This document shows positions 7,403 to 16,499 of a DNA stretch of 64,000 bases, in pieces (positions within the stretch are counted from its first letter, which is position 1; every line of letters starts with the position of its first letter). The DNA is from Thermoplasmata archaeon (GTDB taxonomy: Archaea > Thermoplasmatota > Thermoplasmata > Lutacidiplasmatales > UBA184): positions 154,330 through 218,329 of the forward strand of contig JAKIWO010000001.1 in the NCBI GenBank assembly GCA_022749995.1, read 5' to 3'. The notes below the pieces were generated by a model. That model made no database searches, was not told the origin of the DNA, and saw nothing but the letters and a program-made list of their open reading frames with translations. The translations under genes and the position numbers were made by a program.

Positions 7403-10060
7403 GTGAATCGCGCAGCGGCGCCTCCCGCCGCATCATTCTTGGCACTTTGCTCGACCGCCCGGGCGAGGGCTAGTCGTCGGCGGGTTTGGCTGGCGTTGCT
7501 GCCCGTGCTGCTGCTCCTACTGCCCACGGCGGCAATCGCCACCGCGCACGGAGCCGCGACGCTAGGGGCCCCGACCGGAGGGGTGCTCCGGGCGGCCCCC
7601 GCGAGCCCCTCGCCCGTCGGGCGGATGCTCCAAGCCCCCCTCGGCGGCGAGTTCCCGGTTCCCGCCATCGGGCACCCGCTTCGCACTCTCGCACCGTTCT
7701 CGGGCCGCGCCGGTCCGGCCCTGCGACCGGCCGGCACGTCGGTCCTACCGAGCGTGTCGGCACTGCTCCGGGACGGCGCCCACCTCCGGCCGGCGCCCAG
7801 GGCCGGCTCGAATGTCGTCGTGAACGGCACCCAGCTCCTGGTGATCGGTTCGAACACCTCGATCGGCAGCCTGACGATCGAGCAGCACGGCATCGTCCTC
7901 GTGCAGAACGGCGGCCTTCCGGTCACCCTCGAGGTGAACGGGAACGTCCTCCTCGAGCAGCAGGCGTCGCTCCTGCTCAACATCTCGTCGACCTTGTTCG
8001 TGAACGAGAGCTACGACAACGAGTGGGCGTTCGAGGCGATCAACACGACCCAGTTCGTGGCCCTCGGTGCCAACCTCTCGGCCAACGGCCACCAGTGGGT
8101 GGCCCTGCTCCTGGGCAACGCGAACCTGACGGTGCTTTACAGCAACTTCTGCTATCCGAACTCCTGGTTCCCCATCGACGTCGGGGGCGCCTCGAACCTG
8201 ACGGTCCAGGGCTCGTTCTTCCTTTCGGACGTGGTGATGTACGACACCCCGACCTACCCGTCGACCGCCCAGGCTCGGTTCAACGGCTCGATCGGAATGA
8301 ACCTGTGGACCGACTTCCGCAACGGTACCTCGGCCAACGTGAGTTTCCCGGCGCCGATGGCGTACGAGAATTGGAGCTTCCCCGGCGCCTTCAACGTGAG
8401 CGGCGTGGGCTACTCGATGAAGATCGTGCAGAGCTACGTCGGGGTGCACGCGCTCTACCTGCTCGCGGGCAGCCGGGTCGTCGTCCACGACACCCAGCAG
8501 CTCGCGGTGGCGTTCGGACCGCTCTCGGAGTCGCTCAGTTTCACCGGGCTGCGCGAGCAGCTTTACCCCTCGCTCCTCCTCCACCCCGCCGATTTCTACC
8601 TCCAGCTGCTCAACACGTCAGTGCTGACCTGGAACTTCTATCCGGACCAGGTCGCCTCCCTCCAGTTCCGGAGCTGCCAGGTCGGCGAGATCATCGCGAC
8701 CGGTAACGCGCGGGTCGTCGTGCTGAACTCGAACCTGACCGGCGACGGGGGCTACTACAGCGTGCTCGGCTCCGCCCGGCTCGTCGTCTACAACACCCGC
8801 ATCTCCGACGAACTGATCGCGGGCGGGAACGGGGCGATCCGGCTGGTGAACTCCTCCGACACCAGCCCTACCCCCCGCGAGTTGCTCGCCACCGGCACCG
8901 CGACGCTGACCTCGGTGAACGTCCAGCTGACCCCCACGCTCAGCTACGCGGCCGAGTACGGCGGCACGGTGTATGTCGAATGGAACCTGAGCGTGTCCGT
9001 GACCGAGTTGGGAGCGCCCGTCGGCGGCGCCGTGGTGAGTGCCGCGTGGACCGGCAACTCCACGCTCGCCGGCACGGGGACGACCAACCCGAACGGGAGC
9101 GTCGCGCTCTCGCTGCTGCACCGGGTGATCCGTGCCACCGGATCGACCGTGGAGGACCAGTACGAGGTGAGCGCCACCTCCGGCTGGGAGGCGGCGCAGA
9201 ACGCGGTCACGATGCAGTACCGCACCAGCCTGCTCCTGCCGCTCGACCCGTTGATCGACACCACCAGCCCCGCCAACGGTGCGACGGGGGTGGACCTCCG
9301 TAACCCGGTGACCGTCGCGTTCGGATTCTCGATGGCCCCGGGACCCACCGGCGCCGCCGTCGGGATCGTCCCGAGGGTCCTGTTCGCGGAGAACTGGTCC
9401 GCCGGCAACTCCACGCTGACGATCCAGCCGCTCTCCCCGCTCGCCCCGAACTCGAGCTACCTCGTGACCCTCGGCGTCGGCTCGGTGACGGCCGGGGGGA
9501 TTCCGTTCCCCTCGGACTACTTCCTGCAGTTCGCCACTGGCGCGCTCTCGCCCCAGCCGCGTGTCGTCAGCTCGAACCCCCTCAACGGTAGCACGGGGTT
9601 GGCCCGGTCGACCAACCTGACGATCGGGTTCTCGATCTCCATGAACGCCCAGAGCACCGCGTCGGCCTTCTCGGTGCTCCCGGCGGTGCCCAGCGGCAAC
9701 GTGAGCGTGGGCGGCAGCGAGCTCACCTGGAGCCACAGCGCGCCGTTGTCCTACAACACGAGCTACGCGTTCACCGTGAACGGTTCGGCCACCAGTACCG
9801 CGGGCACCGGGCTCGGCCATGCGTTCACGGTAATCTTCCGCACGATGGCCGCCCCGTCCAACGGATCCTCGCACGGGCCGCCCGCAGCCAGCGGCTCGAG
9901 CAACACGAGCCCGCTCCCCCTCGTGGGGGCCCTCGTCGGGGTGATCCTCGTCGCCGCCGTCGCCCTGCTCTTATTGCGGCGCAAAGGCGGAACTCCCCCG
10001 GCCCCCTCGACCGTTCCGGCGCCGTCGCCCCCGATGCCGCCCCCGGCCTGGAAGGAGTGA
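7403..10060 (+). CDS. Large secreted surface (S-layer/adhesin-like) glycoprotein with SbsA-type Ig-like domains and C-terminal TM anchor
   Basis: N-terminal signal (LALLPVLLLLLPTAAIATAHG) and dozens of N-x-S/T sequons. Two segments resemble SbsA Ig-like domains (TSPANGATGVDLRNPVTVAFGFSM..., SNPLNGSTGLARSTNLTIGFSISM...). C-terminal LVGALVGVILVAAVALLLLRRK. Confidence 0.6.
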   Translation: MNRAAAPPAASFLALCSTARARASRRRVWLALLPVLLLLLPTAAIATAHGAATLGAPTGGVLRAAPASPSPVGRMLQAPLGGEFPVPAIGHPLRTLAPFSGRAGPALRPAGTSVLPSVSALLRDGAHLRPAPRAGSNVVVNGTQLLVIGSNTSIGSLTIEQHGIVLVQNGGLPVTLEVNGNVLLEQQASLLLNISSTLFVNESYDNEWAFEAINTTQFVALGANLSANGHQWVALLLGNANLTVLYSNFCYPNSWFPIDVGGASNLTVQGSFFLSDVVMYDTPTYPSTAQARFNGSIGMNLWTDFRNGTSANVSFPAPMAYENWSFPGAFNVSGVGYSMKIVQSYVGVHALYLLAGSRVVVHDTQQLAVAFGPLSESLSFTGLREQLYPSLLLHPADFYLQLLNTSVLTWNFYPDQVASLQFRSCQVGEIIATGNARVVVLNSNLTGDGGYYSVLGSARLVVYNTRISDELIAGGNGAIRLVNSSDTSPTPRELLATGTATLTSVNVQLTPTLSYAAEYGGTVYVEWNLSVSVTELGAPVGGAVVSAAWTGNSTLAGTGTTNPNGSVALSLLHRVIRATGSTVEDQYEVSATSGWEAAQNAVTMQYRTSLLLPLDPLIDTTSPANGATGVDLRNPVTVAFGFSMAPGPTGAAVGIVPRVLFAENWSAGNSTLTIQPLSPLAPNSSYLVTLGVGSVTAGGIPFPSDYFLQFATGALSPQPRVVSSNPLNGSTGLARSTNLTIGFSISMNAQSTASAFSVLPAVPSGNVSVGGSELTWSHSAPLSYNTSYAFTVNGSATSTAGTGLGHAFTVIFRTMAAPSNGSSHGPPAASGSSNTSPLPLVGALVGVILVAAVALLLLRRKGGTPPAPSTVPAPSPPMPPPAWKE

Positions 10061-10067
10061 GACCGGC

Positions 10068-10853
10068 TCAGGGCGCCGACGGGTGCGCCCGAGCGGCCTC
10101 CCGGCGCGCCCGGGCCCGCAGCTCCTTCTCGAGCGCGAGCCGCTTGGTGAGCAGGTAGGAGAAGTTCCGGCGGCCGTCGCGCCAGGTGGAGAGCTTCGGC
10201 CGACCCCACCGCTCGGCGTACCGGACCGGCACCTCCTCGAACCGGAATCCGCGGATGACCACCTCGAGCTTCAGTTCCTCGCTGAAGGCCATCCCCTCCT
10301 GCGTGAGCTCGAGCCGCTCGAGCAGTCGTCGACGGAACACCCACATGCCGCTCTGGCTGTCGCGGATCGAGTGGCCGGCCACGGGGCGCAGGAACCGGTG
10401 GAAGGCGACCCGCAGCAGCAGGTTGAGCAGCCCGTTGCCGATCCGGTGCTCCATCGTCATCGCCTTCGGGTCGAGCTCCGCGAGCCGGTCGCCGCTGAGG
10501 AAGTCGAGCTCCTGGTCGATCAGGTAGTGCAGGAGCTGCGGTACCCGTTCGGCCGGGTACGTGGCGTCGCCGTCCAGCGTCGCCAGATACTCCCCGGTCG
10601 AACGTGCGAAGCCGGTGAGGTAGGCCCGTCCGTAGCCCTTGCGCGGTTCGACGATCGCCTGCGCCCCCTCCGCCCGAGCGCGCGCGACGGTCTCGTCGGT
10701 GGAGGCCCCGTCGATGACGATCACCTCCCAGTGCACGGGGTCGGAGGCGAAGATCCCGGTGTTGGCCCGCTCGCTGGCCTCGCGGAAGGTACGGAGGACG
10801 TGGGCGATCGATTCTCCCTCGTTGAGGGTCGGGATGAGCAGGGACGCGCGCAC
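10068..10853 (-). CDS. Family 2 glycosyltransferase (dolichyl-phosphate sugar synthase-like)
   Basis: LLIPTLNEGESI...VIVIDGASTDET is a GT-A N-terminus; 261 aa. Confidence 0.75.
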   Translation of the reverse strand: MRASLLIPTLNEGESIAHVLRTFREASERANTGIFASDPVHWEVIVIDGASTDETVARARAEGAQAIVEPRKGYGRAYLTGFARSTGEYLATLDGDATYPAERVPQLLHYLIDQELDFLSGDRLAELDPKAMTMEHRIGNGLLNLLLRVAFHRFLRPVAGHSIRDSQSGMWVFRRRLLERLELTQEGMAFSEELKLEVVIRGFRFEEVPVRYAERWGRPKLSTWRDGRRNFSYLLTKRLALEKELRARARREAARAHPSAP

Positions 10854-10879
10854 GATAGGACCGCGAGAGGGACCGAGCC

Positions 10880-10897
10880 TTTTTACTCGCTTTAAGG
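10880..10897. promoter_or_regulatory. Shared A/T-rich TATA region of the divergent GT2 / archease genes
   Basis: tttttactcgctttaagg lies in the 56-nt divergent spacer, about 28-30 nt from both start codons. Confidence 0.3.
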
Positions 10898-10909
10898 CGT
10901 TCGGAGCCG

Positions 10910-11359
10910 ATGCATCGGCGAGCCACCGCTCGGACCGGCCCTCGTCGCCGATGGGGATCGTTCCCGACCACCGCCGACGTCGGGATCTGGGGGAGGGCCG
11001 GGACGCCGGAGGGGGTGTTCGAATCGCTCGGGGTGGCGCTCTCCTCGCTCTCCGTCGACCTGCGCGGGGTGCGGCCGCTCGAGGAGCGGCGGGTGCAGGC
11101 CCACGGCTTCGACCCCACGAGCCTGTTGGTCGACTATCTGGGCCGCCTGCTCCTCCTCGAACAGCAGGAGGGGTTCCTCCTGCGCTCCGTCGCGGTGCAC
11201 TTGGAGGGACGGCCGCCCACCGCGCTCGAGGGGCGGGTCCGCGGCGAGCGCTACGACCCGGCGCGCCATCGACGCAAGAAGGAGGTCAAGGCCATCACGC
11301 TCCACGATCTGCAGCTCGACCTGTCCTCCGGCCGCGGCCGGGTGATCGTGGATATCTAG
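10910..11359 (+). CDS. Archease (tRNA-ligase RtcB activator family)
   Basis: TTADVGIWG near the N-terminus, KAITLHDL near the C-terminus, ~149 aa. Confidence 0.8.
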   Translation: MHRRATARTGPRRRWGSFPTTADVGIWGRAGTPEGVFESLGVALSSLSVDLRGVRPLEERRVQAHGFDPTSLLVDYLGRLLLLEQQEGFLLRSVAVHLEGRPPTALEGRVRGERYDPARHRRKKEVKAITLHDLQLDLSSGRGRVIVDI

Positions 11360-12501
11360 CCGGCGCTCGGCATGCCGGCGGAGATGGCCCCGAGCCCGGC
11401 ACCGGGGGAGGGGAGCCGGCCGGCGTGGGCCAGGATCCGCTCGAGGCCGGCGAAGGTGACGAGCAGGTCCGCCCAGTTGGCGATCCCCATGTGCCCGATC
11501 CGGAAGATCTTCCCCTTGAGCGCGCCTTGGCCGCCTTGCAGCAGCACCTGGTACCGCTCGGCAAGCACCTTGCGGAGCCTCGCGTCGTCGAGACCCGGCG
11601 GGTTGCGCACGGCGGTGACGGTGTCGGAGGCGTGCGCCGGGTCCGGGAACAGTTCGAGGCCGAGGGCCGCCACCGCGGCCCGGCTCGCCAGCGCCATCGC
11701 TCGGGTGCGCTCCAGGCGCGTCGCCAGCCCCTCCTCCTGGAGGAGCCGCAGCGCCTCCAGGAGGGCGAGGAAGAGCGGGACCGCCGGGGTCCAGGGCGTG
11801 TCGTTGTTGGCGAGGCTCTTCAGATGTTCGGCGAGGTCGAGGTAGAAGGTGGCCGGCCGCAGCTCGCCGACCGCCCGCTCGGACAGGTGCACCATCGCCA
11901 AGCCCGCCGGCGCCGCGAGCCCCTTCTGGCTCCCGGCCACCAGCGCGTCGATTCCCCACTCACCGATGGGGCAGGGGATGCCGGCGACGGCGGAGATCCC
12001 GTCGACGAGGAAGAGCGCCCCGGCCTTGCGGACGTCCGGTGCGATCGCGGCCAGGTCGTTGCGTAGCCCCACGCTCGTCTCGTTGTAGACGACGCAGAGC
12101 GCGCGCACATCGCCCCGGGCGAGCTCCTCTCGAATCCGCTCGACCGGCAGCGGTTGGCCCCACGGGGCGCTCACCGTCGTCACCTGCTCGCAGTAGCGGC
12201 GGCAGATCGCATCGGTCCGCTCGCCGAAGTTGCCGTTGCTCACGGTGATCGTCCGCTCTCCCCGGCGCAGCAGGGAGGAGTAGACCGCCTCGAGCCCCGA
12301 GGTGCCGCTGCCGGAAAGGACCACCTGGGCGCCCTGGGTGCCGAACAGTACCGGCAGCAGTTCGCGGATCTCGGCGACGATCCCGTGGAAGTACTCCCCG
12401 CGGTGGTTGAGCGAGGGGGTGCTCATCGCGCGCAGCACCCGGGGATGGATCCGGACCGGTCCGGCGATCAGGAAGGTCGCGGTCTCGGGGTCGTAGGGCA
12501 T
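11356..12501 (-). CDS. Class V pyridoxal-phosphate aminotransferase (AGXT / archaeal phosphoserine aminotransferase-type)
   Basis: SGSGTSGLEAV and GSQKGLAAPAGLAMV (PLP lysine region). Start codon directly abuts the serA stop. Confidence 0.75.
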   Translation of the reverse strand: MPYDPETATFLIAGPVRIHPRVLRAMSTPSLNHRGEYFHGIVAEIRELLPVLFGTQGAQVVLSGSGTSGLEAVYSSLLRRGERTITVSNGNFGERTDAICRRYCEQVTTVSAPWGQPLPVERIREELARGDVRALCVVYNETSVGLRNDLAAIAPDVRKAGALFLVDGISAVAGIPCPIGEWGIDALVAGSQKGLAAPAGLAMVHLSERAVGELRPATFYLDLAEHLKSLANNDTPWTPAVPLFLALLEALRLLQEEGLATRLERTRAMALASRAAVAALGLELFPDPAHASDTVTAVRNPPGLDDARLRKVLAERYQVLLQGGQGALKGKIFRIGHMGIANWADLLVTFAGLERILAHAGRLPSPGAGLGAISAGMPSAG

Positions 12502-13452
12502 CTAGGCGCTCACCTCGGGGTTCACCTGGTACAACAACGGCTCCTGGCGGAGCGCGCGCAAGAGCTCTTCGGCGACGTGCACGCCGGCCCGGGCCTGCGC
12601 CTCGACGGTGGAGGCGCCCAGGTGCGGCGTGGGGATCACACGGGGATGCTGCAGGAGCGCCGTACGTGTCGGCGGTTCCACCTCGAAGACATCGAGGGCC
12701 GCGCCGCCCAGGTGGCCGGAGTCGAGGGCCGCCAGCAGCGCCTCCTCGTCCACGAGCGCTCCCCGCGCGACGTTGAGGAGGTAGCTGCCGCGGGGCATCC
12801 GGCCGATCCGGTCGGCGTTCATCAGGTGCCGGTTCTGCTCGGTCAGCGCCGCGTGCAGGCTCACGATCTCCGAGCGCGCGAGCAGCTCGGGCAGCGGGAG
12901 CAGGACGGTGCCGTCCGGCGAGCTCGCTAGGAACGGGTCGTGCGCGAGCACCGTGACGCCGAAGTTGCGCAGGCGGCTGCGGGTCTCCCGCGCAATCCGA
13001 CCGTACCCCACGAACCCGACGGTCCGTCCGGCGAGCTCGTGCCCATGGGTGCCCCGGTTCCAGCTACCGCCCTTGGTCGCGGCGATCGAGGGGTACAGGC
13101 CGCGCACGAGCAGCAGCATCAGCGCCACCGTGAGCTCGGCCACGCTCTGCGTGGCGGCGGTGGGGGCGTTGACGACCCGGATGCGCCGACGGCTCGCTTC
13201 GGCTAGGTCGACGTTGTCCACGCCCACGCCGGCCCGGGCGATAATCCGGAGCTGGGGAGCCCGGGCGAGCAACTCGGAGGTCACCTTCGTCCGGCTCCGG
13301 ACCACGAGCGCCCACGCCTCGCCGAGATACGGCTCGAGCGCGGGCCCACCGGCGCTCGCATCGACCACCCGGCAGCTGCCGCCCGCGAGTTGCTGGGCGG
13401 CCGCCGGGTCGATCGGGTCGGCGATCAGGACGAGCGGCAGGGACGCCGGCAC
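12502..13452 (-). CDS. serA: D-3-phosphoglycerate dehydrogenase / 2-hydroxyacid dehydrogenase
   Basis: VGFVGYGRIARE NAD-binding motif and a HLGAST catalytic region. In-frame GTG at 13452 is preferred; the track start is TTG at 13515. Confidence 0.75.
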   Translation of the reverse strand: MPASLPLVLIADPIDPAAAQQLAGGSCRVVDASAGGPALEPYLGEAWALVVRSRTKVTSELLARAPQLRIIARAGVGVDNVDLAEASRRRIRVVNAPTAATQSVAELTVALMLLLVRGLYPSIAATKGGSWNRGTHGHELAGRTVGFVGYGRIARETRSRLRNFGVTVLAHDPFLASSPDGTVLLPLPELLARSEIVSLHAALTEQNRHLMNADRIGRMPRGSYLLNVARGALVDEEALLAALDSGHLGGAALDVFEVEPPTRTALLQHPRVIPTPHLGASTVEAQARAGVHVAEELLRALRQEPLLYQVNPEVSA

Positions 13453-13538
13453 GGCGCGGCGACCCGGACGGCCCAGATTAAGCTTGACCGCGCGGCGGCC
13501 CGTCGCGACGCTCAAGTGGTCGCCCGGGTCCCCCCGGC

Positions 13539-14348
13539 GTGGCGTTCGCGCGGCTCGAGCAAGAGGCCTGGACCGCGGCGCCGGTCGCCGCGGCCTACGC
13601 GAACGGATTCCCCTCGATGGTCGGGTTCACGGTCGAGCCGCTCCTCGAGGCGGTCGGGGCCGGAGCCGGCCGTCGGATGCTCGACCTGGCCTGCGGCCCG
13701 GGAACCGTCGCTCGGATGGCCCACCGACGAGGTGCCCGGGTGACGGCGCTCGACTTCTCCCGCAGCATGCTCCGCGCGGCAGGTGCGGCGCTGCCTGAGA
13801 TGCACGCCTGGGTCCTCGGGCGCTCCGAGCAGCTTCCGTTCCGGAACCGTTCGTTCGACGCGATCGCGTGCAACTTCGGGCTCCTGCATTTCGCGGACCC
13901 GGAGCGAGCGATCCACGAGGCCGGCCGACTGCTCGCCCCGGGCGGGCGGCTCGCCTTCACGGTCTGGGGGCAGGACGCGGTGGGGCTCCGGCTGATTCCG
14001 GAAGCACTCGAGCGGCTCGGACTGACGCCCTCCTTGCCGACGGGGCCGGGGTTCTTCGCCTACGGCGCGCCCCGAGCGTTCTCCCAGAGTTTCGAGCGGG
14101 CGGGCCTCGTCGCGCTGGCCGAACAGCCGCTCGCTGCACGCGCGCCCGTGGCGTCGGTCGACGCCTACTGGCGGATGTTTCTCGAAGGGTCGGCACGTAC
14201 CCGAGCCAGCTTGCTCGCCCTGTCGGAGGCCGATCGGGAGCGCGTGCGCGCGGAGGTGGCCGAGGGTCTCGGGCCGTATGCGAGCCCCGCCGGCCTCTCG
14301 GTGCCGGTCACGGCGGTGCTCGGCGTGGCCGGTCGACCGGCCCGGTAG
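13539..14348 (+). CDS. Class I SAM-dependent methyltransferase
   Basis: MLDLACGPGTVA motif I and a Methyltransf_11-like layout. Confidence 0.7.
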   Translation: MAFARLEQEAWTAAPVAAAYANGFPSMVGFTVEPLLEAVGAGAGRRMLDLACGPGTVARMAHRRGARVTALDFSRSMLRAAGAALPEMHAWVLGRSEQLPFRNRSFDAIACNFGLLHFADPERAIHEAGRLLAPGGRLAFTVWGQDAVGLRLIPEALERLGLTPSLPTGPGFFAYGAPRAFSQSFERAGLVALAEQPLAARAPVASVDAYWRMFLEGSARTRASLLALSEADRERVRAEVAEGLGPYASPAGLSVPVTAVLGVAGRPAR

Positions 14349-15612
14349 TCGGCGCCTCCGGGGGCGTTGCCGCCCCTTGGGTGCCTCGTCGAGCGGAGCT
14401 CGCGGCGTCCGCGAGCGACGTGCGGAGGTCCCGGTAGATCGACTCCCCTCGGCCGGTGAATCGGTATACCCGCAACCGGCGGGGCCGTCCTTGGACGTGC
14501 CGAACTTCCTGGGAGAGCACGCCGGCGGCGACCAATCGCCGCAGCACGTTGGTGACCGTGTTCTGGCTCGCCCGGAGGTGCTCGACCATGCCGCCCTGCG
14601 TGAGCTCGAACGGGGCCACGTCGTCCGGGCCGAGGAGGCCTTGGGCGCCGATGTGGAGGATCACCCGCTGCGTGAGCTGGAGCCGGTCGCTCCGGGGCGG
14701 TACCGGTAGGGCCGGGACGCCGGGTCCTGGCGGCTCCGTGCGTCGGCTCGGCCCCACCCCCATCGGCGGGGGCGGAGGAAGCCCAGGTCCGGAGATCTCC
14801 GGGACCACACCAGCTGCGGCCGATGTGGGGTGAGGCGGCGCTGAACTGTCTCCGGCGCGTTCCCCCCGCACCCGACGGTAGACCAGCAGCGCGACGGCGA
14901 TGGCTGCGGCCGCAGCCACGACCAGATACGCCGCCACCGGAAGGGATCGCAGTCCGCCGGCCGTCCCCGAGTCGGGACCTACGGACAGATTGGCGGAGGC
15001 GACACCCCAGTGGCCGGAGGAGTCGGTGACGTTCAGCACCGCCGTGAACGCACCGGTCCGGCTGTACGTGTACTCCACGTTGAGACCGCTGCCCACGCCG
15101 CCGTCGCCGAACCGCCAGGTGGCGCTCGTGTAGGTGCCGCTGCCGCCGGCGACGGTGGCGTTGAAGGTCACGGTGAGCGGCGCGCCCCCCTGGAGCGGGT
15201 GGGCGAGGAGCACCACGGTGAGCGGGCCGGCCACGGCCCCGATCGAGATGGAGCTCCCCGCCGAGCACGCTCCTTCGGAAACACCGACGTGCGCCAGGAA
15301 CAGTCCGATCGCGGCGTACCGATGCAGCGGTGTGGCCGCTCCGGCGAAACTCGAGTTCCAGTAGCTACCGTCGCCGAAGCTCCAGTTGTAGCCGGTCGGG
15401 ACTCCCGAGGAGACACTCGCATTGAAGTGCACGACGAGCGGCGTCGCTCCGGTCGAGGGCTGCGCCGAGACCGCTACGGTGAAGCCGCAGGCGCTCGGGC
15501 GGGAGATCGCGAAGGGCGCTGCCAACAGACCGGCGAGAAGCAGGAGCGAGGAGGTGGTGAGTGCGGCCAGCGGGAGCGACGCCGCGGACCGAAGGTCGTC
15601 GCCGCGGCTCAC
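14308..15612 (-). CDS. Membrane-tethered winged-helix protein with two extracellular PKD domains
   Basis: In-frame GTG at 15612 forms a GTGA overlap with the upstream stop. Signal anchor, two PKD-like units (WSFGDGS, WRFGDGG), TM LPVAAYLVVAAAAAIAVALLVY, Pro-rich linker, then wHTH LTQGGMVEHLRASQNTVTNVLRRLVAAGVLS...RLRVYRFT. Confidence 0.6.
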   Translation of the reverse strand: MSRGDDLRSAASLPLAALTTSSLLLLAGLLAAPFAISRPSACGFTVAVSAQPSTGATPLVVHFNASVSSGVPTGYNWSFGDGSYWNSSFAGAATPLHRYAAIGLFLAHVGVSEGACSAGSSISIGAVAGPLTVVLLAHPLQGGAPLTVTFNATVAGGSGTYTSATWRFGDGGVGSGLNVEYTYSRTGAFTAVLNVTDSSGHWGVASANLSVGPDSGTAGGLRSLPVAAYLVVAAAAAIAVALLVYRRVRGERAGDSSAPPHPTSAAAGVVPEISGPGLPPPPPMGVGPSRRTEPPGPGVPALPVPPRSDRLQLTQRVILHIGAQGLLGPDDVAPFELTQGGMVEHLRASQNTVTNVLRRLVAAGVLSQEVRHVQGRPRRLRVYRFTGRGESIYRDLRTSLADAASSARRGTQGAATPPEAPTTGPVDRPRRAPP

Positions 15613-16469
15613 GGCACCGGGCGCAGGGACTGGGCGGGTTCGGGCGCTCGGATCCGGTCGATGAGCTCGTTCCCCTCCCGACGCCAGCGCCGGCGCAACC
15701 CCCCGCGCACGAGGACGACCGTGACGACGGCGGCCAGGACGAACAGCCCCGCCTCGAGCAGAATCGCCCCCCAGGGATTCCCACCGCCCAGCCCGAGCAG
15801 CCCCCCCGTCGGTGCCGAGACGGCCACCGTGGGCAGCGCGCGGACGGTGCGATGCCCCGCGCCGTCGGCCACGACCAGCGAGGGCCAGTAGTTGCCGGGG
15901 GAGGAGTAGACGTGCGTCACCGGTAGCCCCGGGAGGCTCGAGCCGGTGCTGCCGTCCCCGTACAGCCACTGGATCGACAGAGGCGGGGTCTCGCCCGCGA
16001 CCGTCTCGGTGAACTGGACGGAGAACGGGGCCACGCCGGCCGTTCCGGATTCGGTGGCCCGGGCCTGGAGCGCGCTCCCGTTGGTCACGACGATGAGGAC
16101 GGTAGAGCCGACGCCGGCTCCCCGCGCGTCGGTGAGAATGCCGGTGACGCTGTAGTTGCCGGGGTTCGCGTAGAGGTGCGGGAACCGCAACGGGGTCGCG
16201 CCGTTCCAGCCGCTCACCGTGCCGTTGCAGCTCGAGGGGGGGCTGCTGTGGTCGGAGGTCGCAAAGCAGACCGAGACGGTGAACGGGGCGACGCCGGAGC
16301 TCACCGAGGCGCTGACATTCACCGGAAGCGGCGCGCCGCCGGTCTGCGGTGTGGGGATGAGCGAGAGCACGGGCGTGTCGACAGCGAACCGGCCGGCGCC
16401 GCTAACGCCCGAGTGCCCGGCCGAGGCGACGGCGGGCGCCGCGAGCGCCAGGAGCAGGAATACTCCCAC
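15609..16469 (-). CDS. PKD-domain surface protein with signal peptide and C-terminal TM anchor
   Basis: MGVFLLLALAAPAVASA signal, PKD-like units (WLYGDGS...THVYSSPGNY) and TM AILLEAGLFVLAAVVTVVLV. Confidence 0.65.
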   Translation of the reverse strand: MGVFLLLALAAPAVASAGHSGVSGAGRFAVDTPVLSLIPTPQTGGAPLPVNVSASVSSGVAPFTVSVCFATSDHSSPPSSCNGTVSGWNGATPLRFPHLYANPGNYSVTGILTDARGAGVGSTVLIVVTNGSALQARATESGTAGVAPFSVQFTETVAGETPPLSIQWLYGDGSTGSSLPGLPVTHVYSSPGNYWPSLVVADGAGHRTVRALPTVAVSAPTGGLLGLGGGNPWGAILLEAGLFVLAAVVTVVLVRGGLRRRWRREGNELIDRIRAPEPAQSLRPVP

Positions 16470-16499
16470 GCAACGGAGCGCCCGGTGCTGCGCCGTGAA

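Noticed and set aside
8618-9874. 418-aa minus-strand ORF, plus 7745..8584 and 7486..8706
   Set aside because: These are shadow or alternate frames of the 885-aa surface protein gene, whose own frame has a signal peptide, Ig-like domains and a C-terminal anchor.
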